A DNA stretch of 64,000 nucleotides, from NCBI GenBank assembly GCA_963836185.1, contig CAWIIQ010000001.1, positions 512,001 to 576,000 of the forward strand, written 5' to 3'. Position numbers and translations under genes: made by a program. This DNA is from Candidatus Krumholzibacteriia bacterium (GTDB taxonomy: Bacteria; Krumholzibacteriota; Krumholzibacteriia; Krumholzibacteriales; Krumholzibacteriaceae). The stretch's first letter is position 1; every line of letters begins with the position of its first letter. The notes beneath the pieces were generated by a model. The model was not told where the DNA came from and did no database searches. It was given only the letters and a program-made list of their open reading frames with translations. Of this stretch, positions 20,720-30,112 are shown in pieces.

Positions 20720-23125
20720 TCATCTGAGCAGAGCCATCTTCCTCGTGATGATCGTTCCCGCAGCTTCGAGACGATAGAAGTAGATACCCGACGCTACAGC
20801 CGATCCATCCCTGTCCGTACCGTTCCAGAAGGCGTCGTGGGAACCGGCCGTCTTCTGCTCATCCACGAGTATGTGCACGAGCCTTCCCGCGACATCGTAG
20901 ACGGCCAGCCTGACGAAGCAGTCTCCCGGAAGTTCGTACCTGATCGTAGTGCTCGGATTGAACGGATTGGGATAGTTCTGCGCGAGGCGAACGTGGTCGA
21001 CAGGAGGTATCTCCGTGCCGGTAGTGGTCAACTCGAGTTCTACCGGGATTTCAACCTGGTACGGCGAGCCGCATACGTCCTCGAACTCGACATCTAGCGT
21101 CACGGTGAAGGGGCCACCGGGGTAGGCGGACATGTCGAGCGTATATGTGTCTCCATTGCCGAATTCCGTGATGTCGAGCGGGATGAGGCCGTAATCCGCA
21201 GTGGAGTCAGGGAGGGTGAGCCATCCCGGTCCGTATTTCATCGTCGCGGAGACGTTGTAGGCGATACGGATGCCGGTGTTCTTCAGGCCCGCTTCGATCT
21301 CCCAGAGCGGGTCGCTCCACGAGACCTCGTTGTATCCAGCTTCGACGAGTACAGGCTGTCCACAGAACCTGTTGGGAACGCGGGCGATGTTCGATCCGTA
21401 GCTGACGTAGCAGCGTCTGTCCTGGAGCATCAGCGCTATGGAGTCTGGAGATCCCAGAGCGATGTAGACGTCGAAGTAGAGGCTGTCCAGCTCATCGGAA
21501 GAGTCGAGTTCCCCGAACTCACTGAGTGTCGCCCAGGTAGCGGCGTTCTGAAGCTCGAACCTTCCGCGGGAGTTGTCGGGAGCGAACGGATAGAGGTCCG
21601 GAGCCGGCTCGAACAGTTCCGATGGAACATCGCCGTTGTTATGCACCTCGACCCAGTACCGTTTGAAATCGGCCGTGCCGTGGGTGACGGTCTCAGTGTG
21701 GAATATTCTGATGTCGAGCTGCGGGACCCCGAGGTCGCATTCAGGCATCACTCGTCCACGGATGCAGAGGTCGCCTATGTTGTTGTCTCCCTGGTCCTGG
21801 GCTTCCCAGGTAGTGCCGGAGTTGCTGGCCCACGACCTGTTCGTCTCCATCGGTCCGAAATGATCGTGCGGCAGGCAGCCTTGCCAGCCGGGCGTGTTGA
21901 AACTTACGGCTATGAAGATCGGGTCGCTGCAGACGACATCTATCGATTCGGGGAGGTCTATGCTGTAGAATCCCGATTCCTGAAGCGAACCGTTGTACGG
22001 GCCGCCGAGGATGTTCTGCGGATTGCCGCCGGAGAAATCGTCGTAGATCGTTATCGAGTAATTGCAGGGCTCTGAAGTCGTCCAGATATCCACCGCGTAC
22101 AGAAAACCGCTCCAGTCGGGGATATGCTCGATCATTCCCCAGTCGGTATAGTCCGCCCACCCCGAGTACCAGTTATAACCGTATTCGTCGAGGTAGTAGA
22201 TCTTCTCACGATCGTCATGGAACCTGTAGCGGGATATGACGGCGGAGTAGGAGCCGATCTTGGCGTCTCCGTATTTTATGTAGAAGTAGCCCGCGTCTCC
22301 CCACGATGTTCCCCACGAGTTCTTCACGATCCATGCGCCCTCGCCTCCGCAAAGTGTGTCGTTCCAGCCTACGATCAGGACGCTGTGGTTCGGGTCCTCC
22401 GTCCCGGAATAAGTGAGACAGGTGTCCGTATCGTACTCGTTGAACTCGGCCCAGCTGCTGTACATCGAGGTGATCACCGGGCCGTAAGTCATCACGGCGT
22501 TCTTAATTGCTTCTTCGTCAAGAGCAGTCACCGGCGGATCGCCTGTTATGGACCGGAATTCCCGCGCGTTGACCTGCAGGTACGGAGTCGCGTCAAAGCA
22601 GCCTGCCATGTTGGGGCAGGAGCCGGGGTATACGTCTGTGCTCTCATTGACCGCTCCGAGAAGTGAGAGGTAATTCGCGGCGATCCAGGCGTTTCCGCCG
22701 ACATTGCAGTTGTACCCATACAAGTCGTAGAAACGGTTGTCGGCGCAGGAGACGACGTTGTACTCCGAATAGTCGCGGGTCAGTACCTGCTGGATGTGCA
22801 GGGCAGATTCAAGACAGCCGATAGTTGCGAATGCCCAGCAGGTGCCGTACGGATTCTGGTTCTTTACAGAAGTGACGTCGCCGCTTGTCCGCCAGTCCCA
22901 TGCCAGGGGAGCCTGAGGCATCGACATCAGCTTTTCCGGAGTGGCGTGCAGGTGATGCATGTACATCGGCGGCGGTATGAATCCGCCCTTCCCGATGTCG
23001 GCCGGGGCCGGCCTTTCCGGTCCGGTCCTCTGTTGTCCGGTATCCTGTGACGCGTAGAGAAAAGTCGCGGCCGCAGCGAGCAGGATCACTCCAGCAACGA
23101 TTGTGAAACCTTTGCGAGTCTTCAT
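20720..23125 (-). CDS. Secreted papain-like (C1A) cysteine protease with lectin-like and FlgD-Ig domains
   Basis: KNQNPYGTCWAFA, NHSVLIVGW, WIVKNSWGTSWGDAGYF; QNYPNPFNP...RKMALLR. Confidence 0.92.
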   Translation of the reverse strand: MKTRKGFTIVAGVILLAAAATFLYASQDTGQQRTGPERPAPADIGKGGFIPPPMYMHHLHATPEKLMSMPQAPLAWDWRTSGDVTSVKNQNPYGTCWAFATIGCLESALHIQQVLTRDYSEYNVVSCADNRFYDLYGYNCNVGGNAWIAANYLSLLGAVNESTDVYPGSCPNMAGCFDATPYLQVNAREFRSITGDPPVTALDEEAIKNAVMTYGPVITSMYSSWAEFNEYDTDTCLTYSGTEDPNHSVLIVGWNDTLCGGEGAWIVKNSWGTSWGDAGYFYIKYGDAKIGSYSAVISRYRFHDDREKIYYLDEYGYNWYSGWADYTDWGMIEHIPDWSGFLYAVDIWTTSEPCNYSITIYDDFSGGNPQNILGGPYNGSLQESGFYSIDLPESIDVVCSDPIFIAVSFNTPGWQGCLPHDHFGPMETNRSWASNSGTTWEAQDQGDNNIGDLCIRGRVMPECDLGVPQLDIRIFHTETVTHGTADFKRYWVEVHNNGDVPSELFEPAPDLYPFAPDNSRGRFELQNAATWATLSEFGELDSSDELDSLYFDVYIALGSPDSIALMLQDRRCYVSYGSNIARVPNRFCGQPVLVEAGYNEVSWSDPLWEIEAGLKNTGIRIAYNVSATMKYGPGWLTLPDSTADYGLIPLDITEFGNGDTYTLDMSAYPGGPFTVTLDVEFEDVCGSPYQVEIPVELELTTTGTEIPPVDHVRLAQNYPNPFNPSTTIRYELPGDCFVRLAVYDVAGRLVHILVDEQKTAGSHDAFWNGTDRDGSAVASGIYFYRLEAAGTIITRKMALLR

Positions 23126-23285
23126 TGATTCGTTCCTTTGTTTTTGCCATGCGGCGGCGAGGCCCGCAGGCCCAGGTCGCTTTAAATGTTGTGCTGTTAC
23201 TTATTCGTTCCCTCGTTTAATATTATATCCATGATTCGGTGGTGGAGCAGGGGGGATTCGAAAAAATCCGTATAGAAAGGAACAT

Positions 23286-24932
23286 ATGATGTATAGAACG
23301 ATGACTTTGATCCTTGCTGCTCTGCTTGTCTCTTCGCTCGCATGCTCCGAGCGGGAGTTCGGTGTTGCCGATGGCGCTCCGCGCGAGGTGTCGAAACTCG
23401 AGATGCAGTCTATCGTGGAGTACCTCTCGAGCGACCTTCTCGAGGGGCGTGCTCCGGGGACCAGGGGAGGAGAACTCGCAGAGGAGTATATCCGCAGTCT
23501 CCTGAAATCTTACGATATAGAGCCGTACCAGGGTGAGTACTTCCAGGAGTTCGCTCTGTCCGGCTTTATCACTACGGATCTTGTTGTCGAGGCCAACGGG
23601 GTGACGCTCGCTTTCCGTGACGACGTGGTCGGGAGCTTCACCAGGGTAGATCCCGAATTCGACATCAGCGGTCCGGCCGTATTCGTCGGCTTCGGAATAA
23701 GTACCGGCACATGGTCGTGGGACGATTACAAGGACGTCGATGTGACGGGGAAGATCGTGATCTGCCGTGTAAACGAACCTGGACAGAACGATCCGACCCT
23801 CTTCGAGGGAAACAACCTCACATATTACGGCCGGTGGACGTACAAGATCGAGGAGGCCGCCCGCAGGGGAGCGAAAGCGATACTTCTCGTTCACACGGAC
23901 CAGTCGGCCGGGTACGGATGGCATGTCGTGCGCAACTCGTGGGGAGGCGAAGAGCTTTACCTGGAGTCGGAGATCGATGACGATCTCATCTTCCGCGGAT
24001 GGATTCGCGAGGAGAAACTCGACGACATGCTCCTGCCGACGGGAATATCGCTCGCCGACCTGCTCGCCGCATCGGAGAGCCGTGATTTCATCCCTGTCGA
24101 CCTCAAGTTTGATATCGATATCTCGGGAAAGGGCGAATCGCGCAGCATCGATACGAGAAATGTCGTCGGGTACATCCCTGGAAGCGATCCGGCTCTGCGA
24201 GGCAGGGCGATCCTGCTCAGCGCCCATATCGACCACCTCGGGATGAGCGATACGGGGCAGGCAGAGGACAGGATCTACAACGGCGCTATCGACAACGGAT
24301 CGGCGGTGACCGCGATGATGCTGACGGCAAAACTGCTCAGGGAGCGCCACAAGCGCCTTAGATACTCCGTAATCATCCTCGCCTGCCAGGCGGAGGAGGC
24401 GGGCCTTCTCGGTTCGCTGTATTTCGCGAACACGATCGACCCAGCGGCGATCGTCTGCAACATCAACTACGAGTCATCGCCGGTATGGGGACCGGCCACC
24501 AGCCTGATGGGAGTGGGGTCGAAGTTCTCGACGATGGAGGAGCTCCTCACCGGAGTGGCCGACAGGATGGGGCTCGGATACTCCGAGTTTTCGATGTCGG
24601 ACCGGGGATTCTTTTACCGGTCCGACCAGTTCAGTTTCGCGCGCAAAGGTATCCCGTCGATATGGATATCCGCGGGGCAGGATTTCGAGAGCGGGACGAA
24701 CCACCTCTACGAGTTCTTCGTCGGCGACTACCACACCGTCGACGACGAGTACGATCCCCAATGGGAGCTGGAGAGCCTTCGCCAGACGATCGAGGCGGCT
24801 GTACTTCTTGCGAACCGGATCAATATCGATACGCCGGAGATCATGTGGAAGGGTAAGCTGACTTTCCCCGTGGACGCAGACGCGAGGGCGATAGAGATGG
24901 TTCCCGCAGAAGGAGATCAGGATGGCTCTTAA
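23286..24932 (+). CDS. M28-family metallopeptidase with PA domain (lipoprotein)
   Basis: Lipobox SLAC; LEGRAPG, YYGRWTYK, SAHIDHLG, GAIDNGS, AEEAGLLGS, RSDQFSF and YHTVDD motifs. Confidence 0.92.
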   Translation: MMYRTMTLILAALLVSSLACSEREFGVADGAPREVSKLEMQSIVEYLSSDLLEGRAPGTRGGELAEEYIRSLLKSYDIEPYQGEYFQEFALSGFITTDLVVEANGVTLAFRDDVVGSFTRVDPEFDISGPAVFVGFGISTGTWSWDDYKDVDVTGKIVICRVNEPGQNDPTLFEGNNLTYYGRWTYKIEEAARRGAKAILLVHTDQSAGYGWHVVRNSWGGEELYLESEIDDDLIFRGWIREEKLDDMLLPTGISLADLLAASESRDFIPVDLKFDIDISGKGESRSIDTRNVVGYIPGSDPALRGRAILLSAHIDHLGMSDTGQAEDRIYNGAIDNGSAVTAMMLTAKLLRERHKRLRYSVIILACQAEEAGLLGSLYFANTIDPAAIVCNINYESSPVWGPATSLMGVGSKFSTMEELLTGVADRMGLGYSEFSMSDRGFFYRSDQFSFARKGIPSIWISAGQDFESGTNHLYEFFVGDYHTVDDEYDPQWELESLRQTIEAAVLLANRINIDTPEIMWKGKLTFPVDADARAIEMVPAEGDQDGS

Positions 24933-25620
24933 GACTATCGGGATGTTCGCCGGGATGAGCTGGGCCTCGTCTGTGGAGTACTACAGGATAATCAACCGGA
25001 CCGTCCAGGAGCGGATGGGGGGCAGCAATTCGGCGAAGATCATCATGAACAGCGTGAACTTCGCCGAGATGATCAGGCTTCGGGAGACCGGAGGCTGGGA
25101 AGCGGTGGGCGACGAGGTCGTCGATATCGCGATGCATGTCCAGGCAGCCGGCGCGGATTTCTTCATACTCGCGGTGAACACCGTTCATATCGTCGCCGAT
25201 CGCGTGGAAGCGGCGCTCGACATACCCCTCCTTCACATAGCCGACGCTACCGCCGGAGCGATAAAGGCCGCCGGGATGAATAAGGTCGGGCTGCTCGGGA
25301 CGAGGTACACGATGTGCGAGGATTTCTACCGCGTCAGGCTCGCTGAGAAACACGGCATCGATGTCGTCATCCCCGGTGAGGAGGATGTCGAGAGGATCCA
25401 CAGGATCATCCTCGATGAGCTCGTCATCGAGAAGTTCCTCGATGAGTCGAGAGACGCCTGTCTTGAAATGATCGACAGGCTCATAGCCGAAGGCGCCGAG
25501 GGGATCATCCTCGGGTGCACCGAGCTGCCGCTGCTTATCGAGGCGGAGCAGATCTCCGTGCCCTCATTCGATACGATGACGATACATGCCGTCGCCGCGG
25601 CCGAAAGATCGATGGAGTGA
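24922..25620 (+). CDS. Aspartate/glutamate racemase family (RacX/YgeA-like)
   Basis: IGMFAGMSWASS, NTVH, GLLGTRYTM and ILGCTELPL. The first catalytic position reads AVNT rather than CxNT. Confidence 0.9.
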   Translation: MALKTIGMFAGMSWASSVEYYRIINRTVQERMGGSNSAKIIMNSVNFAEMIRLRETGGWEAVGDEVVDIAMHVQAAGADFFILAVNTVHIVADRVEAALDIPLLHIADATAGAIKAAGMNKVGLLGTRYTMCEDFYRVRLAEKHGIDVVIPGEEDVERIHRIILDELVIEKFLDESRDACLEMIDRLIAEGAEGIILGCTELPLLIEAEQISVPSFDTMTIHAVAAAERSME

Positions 25621-25629
25621 CCGGCCCGG

Positions 25630-27646
25630 TCACTTCTCCTTCGCGAACCTGTTGATCGAGTGGATCACCAGCGCCGGTGACTTTGCCCTCTGCGTCCTTG
25701 TCGAACGACATCTTGTTCTTCCCGAACTCATCTATCCAGATCCCTTCCTTGTCGGTCCGCTCGATGCCGATATCGGCCTTTTCCATCGGGTCGTTGACCA
25801 CCAGTCCGCCGTTTCTGTAGAAAACGGTGAAATCGGCGTTGACCTGGACGAGCCTGTATTTTCCGAGGTAAGGCCTGAACTCCTCAGGCACGTCATCCGT
25901 CGATCTCCTCATGATCGGCATTTTTCGTGCATCGGGACGAGCTGGACAAGGCGCATCTCATCCGCTGTTCCGGATTCTCCCATGTCGAACTCGAAATGGA
26001 TCCTGTGGCCTATCATGCTCTTCCATTTGCCGTCTTCGCCGGGGTCCTGCAGCGGGAAGACCGCGGTGCCCGGTATCTCGACTGCGAGCGAGCCGTCACG
26101 TACAATTGCCGTTACGACATTACCGTTACTGGTATTTCTGTATTTGCCGAGGTATGGAGCGTAACGCGCCATCCGCCGCTGCCGCGTCACCTGTCTCCTC
26201 ATCCCCGCGTACCCGGTGATCGAGTACCTTCAGTTCCCTCGGCCCGAACGAGATCGTCGACGATACCCAGTCGCTTATTCGGAGATGCCCCGAGTCGACA
26301 AAGTCTATCTCGAAGGCTGTGCAGTCGACGGGGACCCAGCCTGCCTCGCCCATGTAGATCTCGTTCCAGGCATGCTGGCCGAATTTGCCTCCCGAGACGT
26401 ACATGCATCCCCAGACTACCCGTGCGGGGATGCCGACGGACCGGCAGAAGGAGGCGAGCAGGAGTGAATGACCGCCGCATTCCCCCGCCTTTATGTCATA
26501 GACCTTCCTCGGCAGCCCGCCGCCGGGGATCGCGTAATCGATATTTTCGGCGACCCAGAGGCTGAGCCGTTTTGCCGCTTCCCATGAATCCTCGGCTCCC
26601 TCGGTGAGCTCGATTGCTTTCTTCGTGAGGACAGGATCATCGGCAACTACGTGATTGTTACTTTTGAGGTATTCAGCGATCGGATCGTCATCTTCGAAGC
26701 GGGGAGGGAAGGGGGGAGCGCCCGCTCCATCGTATCTCGGATGCTCGATCTCGAAGACGCCGTCGATGATATTTTCCGTCACCGTTCCTTCGAACTTCTG
26801 CCCCGGGACGTTCAGGCTCTCGGGAGTGGGCCGCGCTCCGCTAGGCTCCAGTATGGCCTGGACCTTCATATAGGTGATTCCGTGGTAGTCAGTGATATTT
26901 ACCCCTGCGTCGGCCATGATGTTGCCGTCGAGCGAGGCGACCTCTATTTTCTTCTTTATCGATTTGTCGGCAAGAAATGAGTAACGGTCCTGCATAGCCT
27001 GTGTCTTGAGGATCATTCCCGTTTCCGTATCGATCCAGAAGGTCGTTTTCAAACCGGAGTCATTGTCGAACCTGTCGAGGACCATGGCGTCGTACTTGTT
27101 CCCGGCCAGTTTCAGCTTCTCAGTATCCGCTTTTGTATAAGTCACACTGTGGACCTCGGAATCCCTGACTTCGTAGTTGTTGAAAGACTTCTCTGAGAGG
27201 CCATCGTCTACAAAAGCTTTTTTCAGGTGCGGGAAAAAGAGTGTGTTCTCGAGGATGGTCCCTTCCGGCAGGAATGTGACACCGGTGTCGTCATCGAGCA
27301 TCGAGTTGAAACGGGCCGAATCTCCGTCGACATGTACCGCTCCGCCGTAGTGTTGGCCGCCCTGTTTGATGTCGCTGTCATGATAGACGAAGTTCCCTGT
27401 TACAGGATCGATATGGTATGTGAATCTCATCTTCGAATCGAAGGTGCTTCCCAGGGCGGAGAGCTTCATGGTAAATGACTGTTCGAGCAGGATCAGCTTT
27501 GCGCCGTCCTTTTCGATCTCCGAGGTCTGTACTCTCGAGTACCCGCAGACCACCCCGGCGATCTCGACGCCATAGTAGTATTCCTCAGCCCGCGCCGGCG
27601 CTGCCGTGACGAGTATCAGGATAAGCAGAGTGATGACCTGTTTCAT
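25630..27646 (-). CDS. Secreted transglutaminase-like domain protein with C-terminal YLGKY repeats; frameshifts near 26180, 25920 and 25670
   Basis: GECGGHS..GIPARVVWG..HAWNEIY..GWVPVD (Cys-His-Asp). The tail continues in ORFs 25909-26202 and 25535-25921. Confidence 0.82.
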
Positions 27647-27717
27647 GATTTTCCCCTCCCGTGAACGAATGAGTGATTGATGATGCTTGCATGTATACTA
27701 CATCGGTAACTTAAGGA

Positions 27718-28341
27718 TTATTCAGATTCCTTCTCCGGGCCTGCGAGGATCTCGATGACCCCGTTTTCTGTCAGCAACTCGACGAGGTCTCTTATTTCGG
27801 GCTTATAGGACTCATCGATACCGGCCTTGTCCATTATCGAGGCGGTGCTCATCATCGCCGCGTTTGGAAAAGGGAGGTGGAAGAGGAACGATCCCTGGGC
27901 GTTCGTAAGGCTTATCTTCCTCTCCTTCCTGTCCCGGCCCACACCGGTCCAGACGGTCACCGAACTTATGCGGTTCCCGCCCCTTGCCGTAGTGAACATC
28001 GCGCCGGAGTTTTTCATCTCTCGTATGACCGTTCCCGTCTCTTCCCCGGGGCCGTCCCCGGCGATTTCCTCGAGGTCTATTTCCATAGATATTTTTGACT
28101 GGGAGAGGGTGTAACGATAGTATGGCCTCTTCTTCTCGTAGACCTCCTCCTTCGAGAGGATGCCGAGCGATTCCATCGCCTCGAGGAAGTCCTGAGCGGT
28201 GCGGATATGAAGGCCGAGCCTCGATGCCGCCTCCGAGGCGGAGATGTCGCGATACTTGGCGAGCAGGTCGAACATATCCCGGGCATAGTCCTTCGAGATG
28301 TATGTGCCGAGTTTTGCCGCTGTCGCAAAATCCATGATCAA
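27718..28341 (-). CDS. Winged-HTH transcriptional regulator
   Basis: ISASEAASRLGLHIRTAQDFLEAM...RPYYRY. Confidence 0.75.
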   Translation of the reverse strand: MIMDFATAAKLGTYISKDYARDMFDLLAKYRDISASEAASRLGLHIRTAQDFLEAMESLGILSKEEVYEKKRPYYRYTLSQSKISMEIDLEEIAGDGPGEETGTVIREMKNSGAMFTTARGGNRISSVTVWTGVGRDRKERKISLTNAQGSFLFHLPFPNAAMMSTASIMDKAGIDESYKPEIRDLVELLTENGVIEILAGPEKESE

Positions 28342-28356
28342 GCCGTGCTTTCCTGT

Positions 28357-29223
28357 CTATGACATGATGCCGATTTTTACGGAGTTAAGCCTGTCGATGA
28401 TACGGACCGTCATGTCCCTTCTGTACAGGTCGAGAAAATCGATATACACGCCGGCCAGCGACTCGCAGAGCTGATTGAAAGAGAGGTCGTCGCGGTAGAG
28501 ATAGTAGTCTTCCTTCGATATATTGACGGTGACGTTTCCCTCCGAGTCGAAGCAGACCCATGTGTCTTTCGAGATGTTCCGCGAGACGTTCCAGAGATGG
28601 AAGTACTCCTTGCCCATCCTTACCGGGACGAGATAGACCTTCTCCGGTTCGATATAGGGAAGGGAGATCATATGCCTGCCGCAGAATCTCGCAAACCCGA
28701 GGATCTCTCCCCAGTCGTAATCGGCCTTGCCCGATGGATAGGGCCGTTCGGTGAAGCCGTCGCCCAGCTCATCGACCGGCGCTGCGGCGAGCTCGAGGAT
28801 GTCGCGCCCGCGCCACTTCGCCCTGCGCGTGACCATCATGTAGATCAGCACCCCAATGCATGGAAGTGTCAGGACCTTGAAGAAATTGAATATCGTCCTG
28901 TCCCTGAATCCAAAGACGCTGTCGGGCGCACTGGCCAGAGCCAGCGTCGCTATGAGAAGGTATACGAAAGATGCGATGTATGACAGCGCTCCCGATCTTC
29001 GCTGGGCTGCGAGAGCGAAGCCGGTGAATCCGGTGAATATGATCGTGGCGGTGAACGCAACGCCGCGCCTTCCGAAGATGACAGCGGCAAGAGCTATCAC
29101 CACAAGTGACACAAAGGCCGGCAGCAGACCTGTGAGCGAATAGTCGGGTTTGAGCTTCTTTTCCTGGGGCATACCTTTCACCTCGCTGAATACTGGTTTC
29201 GCGCTCTCGAACCGTATTGTCAT
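28357..29223 (-). CDS. Hypothetical membrane protein (about 4 TM plus soluble C-domain)
   Basis: Hydrophobic segments in the N-half; co-oriented with the HTH gene. Confidence 0.7.
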   Translation of the reverse strand: MTIRFESAKPVFSEVKGMPQEKKLKPDYSLTGLLPAFVSLVVIALAAVIFGRRGVAFTATIIFTGFTGFALAAQRRSGALSYIASFVYLLIATLALASAPDSVFGFRDRTIFNFFKVLTLPCIGVLIYMMVTRRAKWRGRDILELAAAPVDELGDGFTERPYPSGKADYDWGEILGFARFCGRHMISLPYIEPEKVYLVPVRMGKEYFHLWNVSRNISKDTWVCFDSEGNVTVNISKEDYYLYRDDLSFNQLCESLAGVYIDFLDLYRRDMTVRIIDRLNSVKIGIMS

Positions 29224-29277
29224 GTCGATTCCTTTTCTGTGAAGTGCTCCTGATTACGTTGTTGTTAATGCTGTTGC

Positions 29278-29324
29278 ATACTTCAAACAAAGTGAAGTAT
29301 ACAGATATTGAATTATGTTGTCAA
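29278..29324 (-). promoter_or_regulatory. Sigma70 promoter with overlapping operator palindrome
   Basis: Minus strand TTGACA(29324-29319)-17 bp-TATACT(29301-29296). ATACTTCA-N7-TGAAGTAT at 29278-29300. Confidence 0.75.
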
Positions 29325-29496
29325 GGGGGTAGCATCTTTTTGTCCCGCATAACGGCTGATATGTCAGGTGTTCGTCTGAAGCCATATCCCGTTGAAGAAA
29401 GGGGATATACGTGGTATAATGCGACCCGGCTAGAATCATGAAAAAATATATCCGGCATCGCTTCGAGGGGCAGTCTTGTCCCGGAAGGAGAGATTT

Positions 29497-30099
29497 ATGC
29501 GAAGAGATAGAGTAGGCCGCACCGCGGCCAGCCTGATCGTGCTGTCGCTTGTCCTGGCAGCGGCGCTCCTGCAGCCGCCAGGGCAGGCCGCGGCAGAAGA
29601 GGAGAAGGCTCCGGGGAATGTTGCTGAGAGTTCTTCATACAGTCTCAGCCGGGCCGTCTTCGGTTCAGCCGGCCGGCAGTCTTCAGGGGCGGCTTACTCG
29701 ATAAACGGCACACTCGGGCAGCCGCATCCGGTCGGGTCCGTCTCCGGTACGAACTACGGGATGTTCGCCGGATTCTGGAGCTGGATCGATCCTGTCGCTA
29801 CAGGCACGGACGATATGCCTCTCGCGTTCAGACTCTCCCAGAACTATCCAAACCCGTTCAATCCAGTTACGACAATAGACTATTCGATATCAGAGAAGGT
29901 TCCGGTCGACCTGGTGATATTCGATGTGTCCGGCCGCAGGGTTCGGACGCTTGTCAGGGAGAAGCAGCTTCCGGGCGGTTACTCGGTCGTCTGGGACGGC
30001 CGCAATGACGGAGGCAGCCCCGTTGCGTCAGGAATCTATTTCTATCGGCTGGCCGCCGGCAGAAACAGCGGTGTAAAAAAGATGGTCATCCTGAGATAG
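29497..30099 (+). CDS. Small secreted protein with Gly-rich N-domain and FlgD-Ig domain
   Basis: Signal peptide; YSINGTLGQP...YGMFAGFW; QNYPNPFNP...KKMVILR. RBS GAAGGAG before ATG 29497. Confidence 0.85.
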   Translation: MRRDRVGRTAASLIVLSLVLAAALLQPPGQAAAEEEKAPGNVAESSSYSLSRAVFGSAGRQSSGAAYSINGTLGQPHPVGSVSGTNYGMFAGFWSWIDPVATGTDDMPLAFRLSQNYPNPFNPVTTIDYSISEKVPVDLVIFDVSGRRVRTLVREKQLPGGYSVVWDGRNDGGSPVASGIYFYRLAAGRNSGVKKMVILR

Positions 30100-30112
30100 G
30101 GAGGAAAGAGCG

